Below, one piece after another: positions 54,721-64,000 of a stretch of 64,000 bases of DNA (position 1 is the first letter of the stretch; every line of letters starts with the position of its first letter). The position numbers were made by a program, and so were the translations under genes. The stretch is taken from contig OZ024741.1 in the NCBI GenBank assembly GCA_964016885.1, positions 375,224,001 through 375,288,000 on the forward strand, given 5' to 3'. This stretch comes from Eledone cirrhosa. Lineage: Eukaryota. The notes beneath the pieces are model-generated. The model was not told the origin of the DNA. It saw only the letters and a list, made by a program, of their open reading frames with translations, and did no database searches.

Positions 54721-55719
54721 TATCTTGATGTTATAAAGTTTACCGACACCACCACTCCCAGAAGGCACTATATCTCAAATTATAAACTATGCAGAACAAA
54801 ATCCAATTGAATATAAAAAAATACTGTGTCAAACATAGCTTCATTTAATGCTCTTTGTAAGACAGAATAGATATTTTCTGCAATTATTGCCTTTAATTCT
54901 TTCAAATTGCTAAAAAATAATTTAATTCCCATTTCAAACGAATTACAAGCAAAGATTTTCTTAAAATTAATGAAGCTTCATGAATAATAAAATATATTCT
55001 AAAAATCATTATATATAATTTTATTGAAAATTTCAGTTTTATGTTGATTCGATGATATTTTCTATAATGAGATTTGCAGAAAATCGCGATTAAAAATCCT
55101 TCCAAAATATTATCTTATTCTCAATTTGGATTTTTATTCCGCTTTGCATATATAACTAGGTTGGATTTCGTTTTAATAGGCTGTAAATTATATTAAACAT
55201 TTACTGGTTTGTTCAATATTTTCATTAATTTTATCTAAAGTTACATTGAAAAATGTTTTATTAATTCATTTTCTTAGTTAAGAATTTTGTTTTCTGAAGT
55301 TCACATGCGGTAACGTTATATATTTGACATTCAGAAAAAGAAATATGGAAATATATTTTAAAAATTCCTAATTTAAACTTATTCACACAATGAGAATTAC
55401 ATTTTCTCTTTTGAACAAACAATCCCTCATGTTTTCAAGAAATGTCTTAGTGAGGAATTCCAACAATCATGCAATAAATCTAAAATTTAAGAATCATTGT
55501 TATGACTCTAACCCAGAGGTTCTCAAGCGTTTTAGGCCACCGCACCCCTTACGGCCATGTAATACCCTCAGCACCCCAGCCTTATTTCCACGCAAATTGT
55601 AAATAATACATAATATATAAAATCGTTAATTTATATATAATAAATAATATAATATATGCTATGTATAAATAAATATATTTTTTATTTTACTATATTTATA
55701 TATAATATGTATACTAGTC

Positions 55720-55983
55720 TCTACGTAGCCTAGTGGTAAGGGTGTTGGACTTACGATCATAATGTCGTGGGTTCGATTCCTGGGTTGCGTGTTGTGTTCT
55801 TGAGCAAAGCACGTCATTTCACGTTGCTCCAGTATACTCAGCTGAAAATGAGTACCAGCAATAGCTGCGATGGACTGGCGGCCTGCCCAGGAGGGAATCA
55901 TGTACTCTCAGTCGCTTCACGTCATGAAACCGGTATAAGCACCAGCCAAATGAGCCTTCTGGCTTAAGACTTTAGACTAGTCT
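55720..55983 (+). mobile_element. CORE-type SINE (family B) with TSD actagtct
   Basis: Matches 6353-6626. Confidence 0.85.
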
Positions 55984-56238
55984 AACCAGTATTTCAGAGA
56001 GGGTGTTGACGCAAATGTTCATAAAACTGACCAATATATATATATATATATATATCCTAAATCAGCTAAGGTTAATTTCTATCATTTATTTATCTCAACA
56101 GATACTCTGAAATTCACAATGAAATATTTCTTTCTTTTCTGTCAGATATGTATATGTATTTTATTGTGAGTGAGTGTATAAACTGTAGGTGTGTGTAAAT
56201 AAGTGTATAAATATAGTAGTCTCTATATAATCTCGGCT

Positions 56239-56283
<45 letters not shown>

Positions 56284-56668
56284 CAATATATAGAGAGAAG
56301 TACACAAAGACGTATGTGGTTAATCATAGGGGTTAGAAAACCACCAGAGTGAAGAACATATTGTCTACGAAACAATAATAACTATTACACATACCTCTTT
56401 GTGCACTACTCTCTATATACTGATTTATAAAGAGCCCGGAATCTATTCCTTGAGCTCATTAAATTATAGGGGATTAACGTGAGTCTTTAACTCCGTTTTT
56501 TAATTTGATATATATACTACTACTACTACTACTACTACTACTCCTACTACTAATAATAATAATTGTTTCTACGTTTGGCACAAGGCCAGCAATTATTCAG
56601 TGCATTACTGGTACTTTATTTTATCGACCCCGTAAGGTAGTAAAGTAGTAGTAGTAGTAGAAGTAGTA

Positions 56669-56712
<44 letters not shown>

Positions 56713-56844
56713 CCCTACGACTCCCTCGTGAGTTACGAGACTAAAGAAAAATAAACTTTGTTCTATAATTATATTGAGCTCAATAATTGCACCTGGCGAC
56801 GTATTGTTTCCTTCAGGGTCCCCAACTCCCAAACATGAAATTAA

Positions 56845-57030
56845 TAATTGTTACTACTTTTGGCAGAAGGCCAGCAAATTTACAGTACATTACTGGTACT
56901 TTATCTTATCGACCCCGTAAGGATGAAAGGCAAAGTTAACCTTTGCGGGATTTGAACTCAGATCGTAAAGGGACGCAACTCTTTGGATCAAAGCATGGCG
57001 TCCGACCCTCTACTGATACTGCCAATCCCT
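56845..57030 (-). mobile_element. SINE family A (further copies or fragments at 28112-28280 +, 40295-40400 -, 56560-56636 -, 58540-58682 -, 59472-59657 +, 59695-59840 -)
   Basis: Reverse complement of the family consensus. Confidence 0.85.
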
Positions 57031-57094
57031 AATAATAACATTTGTACTGCCTCTTCGCTTCCATGTGTTTTTGTTTTCTGTTTACTGTCTCAAC

Positions 57095-57235
<141 letters not shown>

Positions 57236-57244
57236 AATATATAT

Positions 57245-57632
57245 AGTGGTGGAACACTGGAAGGTAATATCCGTCGTGGTAGAGCACTCAGTCCATGGGA
57301 CGAGTTACGCAATAGGGATTGCCTAAACACGAGAAATGAATTTTTCACACGTTGTCCACACGTCGCCAAACACCTATTACATAACTACAAGGCTCCGGAC
57401 TGATTCTTTGTAATTTTATTTTCAACCTAAAATCTTTTCGGACTCTCGCAGTTATCTCCCTTACACCTCTCGCACGCAGTCTAATATTGCCTGTGTGAAG
57501 TGACCAGGTTTCTGCGCATACGCTTTCGTACGGTTGTCCTTCCTGTTCCTATAACCATGCCCATTCCGAGCTGAGGATCCGCTAAGGTGAAACAATTGTT
57601 CTCGGTATGGTGAATTAACTGTTGTGTAACCA

Positions 57633-57636
<4 letters not shown>
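57245..57636 (+). mobile_element. Short 3' end of a Naiad-like PLE inserted in (TA)n
   Basis: Encodes [23 protein letters not shown], comparable to LLNKKSEVFATCQH of the 13-14 kb PLE, followed by an HHR. Confidence 0.7.
57561..57610 (+). ncRNA. Type I hammerhead ribozyme motif with canonical core
   Basis: ccattccgag-CTGAGGA-tcc gctaa ggt-GAAA-caattg-TT-ctcggtatgg; stem I ccgag/ctcgg, palindromic stem III ACAATTGT. Confidence 0.8.
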
Positions 57637-57691
<55 letters not shown>

Positions 57692-57801
57692 GTTTGTTGG
57701 TTCACGACTGGATAGAACTGGTCATTCCCTATGGTCAACCTCGATGTAATATTATGGCGAGCACTCAAAGAATTACACCAGTCCAACCTCCTGTTATTTT
57801 A

Positions 57802-57836
<35 letters not shown>

Positions 57837-57926
57837 AAAAATTGAACGGGAACAAAACAGAGAGACAGTACGAACAAAGGTTTATTAGTTTCACGCTCTT
57901 GAGAGTGGGGTGGTGGTGGGGATATA

Positions 57927-57960
<34 letters not shown>

Positions 57961-58893
57961 GTAATGAGTATAATCAAAGTTTCAGCTGCAAGTAGTAGAT
58001 TGGCATCCGATTGAATTTTGAAGACTGTCACAAAGCATTCAAGGATAAAGTAATTAAGAAATTGCTCCTCAGAGTGAACACAATAAGATAGGTAATAGTG
58101 ACACAATGAATAATGCGACCTCGGGCATGTTGTCACATTAATACTACAACAACGAAAAATAGAGAAAGGTTAAAGACGAACCTGGACCTGATCGATAGAT
58201 ATTAATCGATAAATATCTTCGATAGGTTTCCGTAATTTACACTCCAAGTTACGTAACGTATATCAAGTCGGTAATGTATTCTAAAATGACACGGGGATTT
58301 CCCTTCGTCAACAGGTTTTTCGTTCCAAGTATACGAAAGTAAGTGTTTTTTAATATATCCCACACGGGGAAACAGGAAAAAGAAGTTAAAAATGCAATAG
58401 AAGTCTTTCAGAATGTTTATTTACAATAATTTATAACTTTACCCGTTTCACAAGTTTCATGATTTTCAAAAGTTAAGAGAGATGGAGAGATATGTGGCGA
58501 CGCCGACTTGTAATCAGCATCTCAGTTTTAATTTATATCGACTTCTAATACTTGACTAGTACTTTATTTAATTAATCCTGGAAGGATGAAAAGCGAAGTT
58601 GATCTCGGCGGGATTTGAACTCAGCGACTAAAGGGCCAGAATAAATATTGTAAAGCATTTCGTTCTCACAATTCTGCCAACTTTTAACAATAACTATGAC
58701 AACAATGAATATACAATATAACATAATACAATATAACATAATATAATATAATATATAGATATACATATATATAGAGAGAGAGAAAGAGAGAGAGTGACGA
58801 AAATGGACATTGTGAGTCCACAAGGAATTTATGGAAAAGACACAATGAGGACACTTGAATGAATATACACGTGCGTGCGCGCGCACACACACA

Positions 58894-58980
<87 letters not shown>

Positions 58981-59151
58981 GTATACATATATATAATTAA
59001 TTCGAGTACGTGCTGGTTATTTAACGACTATTCAGTATGCAGGGTAGAGCACTCGACGATTTGCGCAGGTAGGTCTGTTTACTTCGGAGTATATTTATCA
59101 ACAAGAAGTGTAAGTCAACAGGTAAAAATTAACTTCGTTTATTCATAGTCA

Positions 59152-59208
59152 CTGTTATATATATTTCCGTGATAACCATTATGCAACAGCTATGACCTCA
59201 TCAGGCAG
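59152..59208 (-). ncRNA. Hammerhead-like motif
   Basis: ctgc-CTGATGA-ggtcatagc...gttatcacg-GAAA-tatata-TA-acag. Confidence 0.5.
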
Positions 59209-60893
59209 CTAGAATTTGACAGAAAAACCTAACAATGAAATAAAGCTTACCGGTCGCATATATGCTTTGAGAAAACAACACCAAATTTCAGCACTAAGCA
59301 TATCAAAAATCGAAATAACAGAAGCTTCATTCCATCGTTATGTTTTGTTCTGTTTTGTTTTTCTGTTCAATTTCGATCCTCTAGACTGGTGTTTCTTTTA
59401 TCAACCTGGTAAGGATGATTGGCAAATTTGAACTTAGAACGCAGAGAGCCGGAAAGAATACGACAAATCATTGTGGATTGGCAGTATCGGTAGAGGGTCG
59501 GACGCCATGCTTTCCAGCATAGTTACGTCCCTTTATGATCTGAGTTCAAATCCCGCCGAGGTTGACTTTGCCTTTCATCCTTACAGGGTCGATAAAATAC
59601 AGTACCAGTAATGCACTGGGTAATTGCTGGCCTTGTGCCTAAAGTAGAAACAATTATATCTGACGTTCTTATGACTCTGCCAATTTGCCACCAAAGCACT
59701 TGACTGGCTTTGTTATTTTATCGACCTCGGTCTCTGCGAATGAAAGGCAATGTTGTCCCCGGCGGGATTTGAAATCAGAACGTAAAGTGTCGTAACTATA
59801 TACTGTTAACTATTTTGTTTGAAGCCCCAGCGATTCTGTCGAATGATATAATTGAAGTTGCTTTCAATTCATTCTTCATTAAACTGGAGTCGGGAGCGCC
59901 ATTTATTTCTATTGTCTAATACTCAATATGTGTTGGTTAGTTCGTTTGATGTCACGTTCGACAGTATATAGAGACAGGGGCAAGAGAGCGCGAGTAATAA
60001 AGGTAGAGAGTATTAACATATACGTTAAAGAAGGAGTATACATGCTGAGCGAGGCGACAGGCCCCAGTACTTGCATGTATGCATAGACCCGTAACTTCTG
60101 ATGGAGTCGTGGAGACGCCATCATGACATACGACGTGTCTTGAACATTTTATACCAGGCAGATTCCATCCTTCTTCACGTCTGTAAGCATCCGATTTCTT
60201 GCCGAGATTGTGTGCGTGTTTGATAGAGAGGAAGTTAGGAAGAGATATAGAAGAAGAATCGACCTCAGCACTGGATTGGTTCTTTTTTTATTGATCTCGA
60301 AATGGTGAAAAGCAAAGGTTTTGAACAAAGAGCTCGAACGCATACTGCAACATATTTTATTCGACGTTCTAACGACTCTGTCACTTCGCTGAGCTATGTA
60401 TAGGTTAAAAGATAAAATAATCTAAGAAGGCATTACACGATTTAGTTTTTAACACATCGATGTGTTTCGTGATTGTAGAACGTCTAAAGAATGGTTGTGA
60501 TTATAAATTAACATAGTTGTCTATCTATCACTCAGTATGGTTTTATGTGTGTCAACTTGCTAGGGAGTGTTCTTTGATTTATATAATGTTAAGGAAAGTT
60601 TAATGAAATCTTTTACATGGTTTCTTTCATTTCGACATTGGTGTTGAAAAGTAGAGGAAATAAAGGAGATAATTAATAAATGTCTGACTAAAAGAAATAT
60701 CGATGGAATAAATCTACCCAACCATGCCAAAAATGTCAACCGGCTGGTAGATAGCCAACGAAGTTAGTCCACAATCACCAAACACTCAGATGTTTTCAGT
60801 GTCTTTTGATTGTTCCACGTGTTAGTTTTGAACACACACACACTTTCTCTCTCTCTCTCACTCACACACGTATATATATATATATATATATAT

Positions 60894-60894
<1 letters not shown>

Positions 60895-60938
<44 letters not shown>

Positions 60939-62470
60939 GTTTAACGTCCATCTTCCACGCTAGCATGTGTCTGGACGGGAATTGTCCCACGTGAGGCAAG
61001 ATTGGTTGTCTTGCTCAGGACTGTCTGGCGGGTTTTCTACGGCTGGGTGCCCTTCCTAACACCAACCACGTTTACAGTGTGGACTGGGAGGTTTTTACCG
61101 TGTTACCTACACGGCCACATTACAGCGTGGACTGAGGTTTTTTTTTGTCGTGACACCTACACGACCTCATTTATTTAGGACTGGATGTTGTGGTACCAAC
61201 ATAACTTTACATCGAAAGGGGTGGTGTAGATGGGCGTAGGGGTAGGGGTAGTGGCGCGGGGGTGTATTTTGGTTAAGAGGTGCCTACTGACTGTAGGTTT
61301 CGCTTTGTACTTAGGCAAGACAGGTCTTCTGTATTACTGTGTAGCGCCAAAGATCTCGGTCCAGTGACATTGTCTTGGAGAGGTGTAAGTGTGTGAGGTC
61401 GGAATTTATCAAGTCGTCCCAGGTTTTTCTGGGTCTGCCTATCCCGTAGCTACCCGATTTTGATCGCCCTGCACTTTTTTATACAGCTGTCGTCTTTCAT
61501 GCGCATCACGTGACCGTACCAACGTAGTCTTCTCTCGAGTAAACAGCATCTGATCCCTCTTATTCCTAATTTCTCACTTAGTTTATTTATGCTTTGCCGT
61601 TCACGTATATTACTATTACACATCCAACGGAGCATGGATGCTTCGTTCCTCTCTGGCCTGCGTAGATCCTCTGCACACAAGGCCCATGTCTCACTGCCAT
61701 GTAACATCGCTGTTCGTATGCAAGCATCATACAGTCTGCCTTTCATTTTTAGAGAGAAACCTTTAGCGGCCAATAGTGGTATAAGCTCTCTGCACTTTTT
61801 CCATCCCGTTCTGACTCTAGCTACAGTACTTTCGGAGCACCCTCCACCACTGCTGATTTTGTCACCCAGGTCACGGAAGGTGTCCACTATTTCTATAGAA
61901 CCATCTGGGCAATGGAATGAGCTAGTATTCTGTGGGAATTTGCTGCTACTTATTGCACCAGAACACCGGCCACACATAAAATCTATATTCTTAGTTAGCT
62001 TACCTGTGATCCCACTACATCTTTTATGCACCCATACTTTGCATTTGGGACATAAAATGGAGTTTCTGCCTACTCCTTTCCTACACACTGAGCATGGCCA
62101 TTTTCCGGATGGGACCAGTGCCCTATTTTTCTTCCTACATATTAGAACTTTAGTCTTAGACAAGTTAATTTTGGTTCTAGGTCATGCTTCTATGTTTGGA
62201 ATTTCTTCTCTAGTTCAGCCATTGGTTCGGCTATGAGCGTTAGATCATCTGCGTATAGAAGTTCCCATGGGCAGCCGGTCTTGAACTCCTCTGTTATAGC
62301 CTGGAGGGCGCGATAATAACTAGGAGAGGGCTAAGGACGGAGCCCTGATGAACATCAACTTTTACGGTAAACTCTTCACTATATTCGTTGTTAATTCTAA
62401 CCTTGCTGACTGTTTCTTTATACATGGCTTGTATAGCTCTCACAAGCCATTCATCAACACTTAGTTTTCT
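60895..62470 (-). mobile_element. RTE LINE copy 3 (same family)
   Basis: ORF 61450-62163 matches copies 1 and 2; long (GAT)n tail. Confidence 0.93.
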
Positions 62471-62715
62471 GATGACTTTAGTTCGGATCTCGCTGTCGAA
62501 ACGGCCGGAGCTCAGCCGTCAGGGTCCTGAATCTTTTCATATATTTATATATATATATATTTGGAAGCTCGACAATGAGTGCAAGATTAAAAGTGCCAAG
62601 CTAATAGGAGAATAAAGGACAGAGAAAAGTGAGTGAGGACGATAGTATTTTACCTTAACAATTTTATTGATCTCAAATATTTTCGGATTTAAAATCCATT
62701 CTCAAGAGAATATAT

Positions 62716-62771
<56 letters not shown>

Positions 62772-62878
62772 ATAAATATATATATATATATGTAAAAGGT
62801 AAACAGAAATAACAACACAATCGCTACAGTATATGGAAAGGATATATGAGGTTAACGCTTGATATAGCAGGAAGAGGG

Positions 62879-62913
62879 TCTTAGCGTTTCGGATGCTAGT
62901 CCTTCATCAGAAA
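62879..62913 (-). ncRNA. Minimal hammerhead-like motif in a PLE-tail-like repeat; degenerate copy at 19578-19612 (-)
   Basis: ttt-CTGATGA-a gga ctagca tcc-GAAA-cgc-TA-aga; the 19.6-kb copy has CTGGTGA. Confidence 0.5.
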
Positions 62914-63084
62914 AAAGAATGAGAAATAAGTTAGATTGAGGGGACGGGTGGGATGGAATTGGAAAAAATGTCTTTAGCTGAAAATAACAGGTCCATTCAT
63001 GTTGACAGGGATTGTATCATCCAGTTAGTGTAGGTTCAGACATAACAAATCGTCCCTTTTATCATTATTGCACTCTGCTTAGTA

Positions 63085-63161
<77 letters not shown>

Positions 63162-64000
63162 GCAAAATAAAAACAACAAAACGAACAAAAACAACAAATA
63201 TAAAAAGAGAAACAATGGTGGGTGGATGATGATAATTCATTAAAGATTTATTAAATAAATAGAAGAGTATTTCAATGCGAAATGGTGTGTTAGGATTTAT
63301 ATTTGTTCAGTTACGTCAAAGAATGTTGAGTGGAAAGAAAATGTGTGAAGATGACGTCAGTAAAAGAGTAGTGAAGCTAGCGGTCATTAGAGCGAGAGCT
63401 GATCGTCTGCTCAGCCACTTTACAGTGGCGCCACCTGAGTGATGATCGGCTGCAGATTGTTTCACTTCGTCGATCCATTCTAAGATGACTTCTTCCAATA
63501 AGGCCAGCGACATTCGACCGTTTTTTAAGATTTGATGGTGGAAGTCTTTTATATTAAATAAATTACCTGTGTTAATATAGAAAATGTAGAAGATATGAAA
63601 TGAATTTAGTTACATACATTCTTATACATAAGTACATGTATACATACATACACACATACGTAAAAGATAAATACATACATATATGCACACATCAATATAT
63701 ACGTACATCATTGCATACATAGATAAATGCATACATTCATAAATACCTCAGTACATCAATACATATACACACACATTCAGGACATCCATACCAGGTCTAT
63801 ATACCTCATTACTGAATTGCGAAATAGTTCTACTTTGAAACTGTCTGGATGTTAATAGTTATTATAGTCGGTTCGTATACCTTAATTTATCCTTTTAATT
63901 GAGTTCTGTGAATCGTACTATCTTTTGTTAATATATTCGTCACCCTGGAGGTTTTGTATTCCTTATGATTTAAACATATATATATGTATATATGTGTGTT

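Noticed and set aside
60040-60185. Possible exon of a second host gene (minus strand)
   Set aside because: It is homologous to 11460-11580 and 36890-37010, i.e. the extended body of a SINE variant.

Overview
AT-rich, repeat-dense eukaryotic (metazoan) genomic DNA. The SINE/LINE content and abundant (TA)n/(CA)n microsatellites suggest a coleoid cephalopod, probably an octopus; this is an inference from recalled repeat families. One host gene is supported: SRP19 on the minus strand, with 5 coding exons, 163 aa, CDS 41667->25396 and all GT-AG junctions in frame. It is absent from the ORF track because its exons are short. The rest is repeats: a 29-bp satellite with higher-order structure (~1-6 kb), two Penelope-like elements (PLEs) with inverted pseudo-LTRs, three copies of an RTE LINE with a PHD-type finger inside the RT region, and fragments of Expander-like RTE, CR1, Tx1 and mariner elements, a Helitron-like element, MITEs and many tRNA-derived SINEs. 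The most striking unannotated signal is about 16 hammerhead-ribozyme (HHR)-like motifs from several unrelated PLE-type families. Most lie in short, often fold-back inserts beside (TA)n or (CA)n tracts. An inverted duplication also brackets SRP19 exon 4. All calls were read by eye, and repeat boundaries are approximate.
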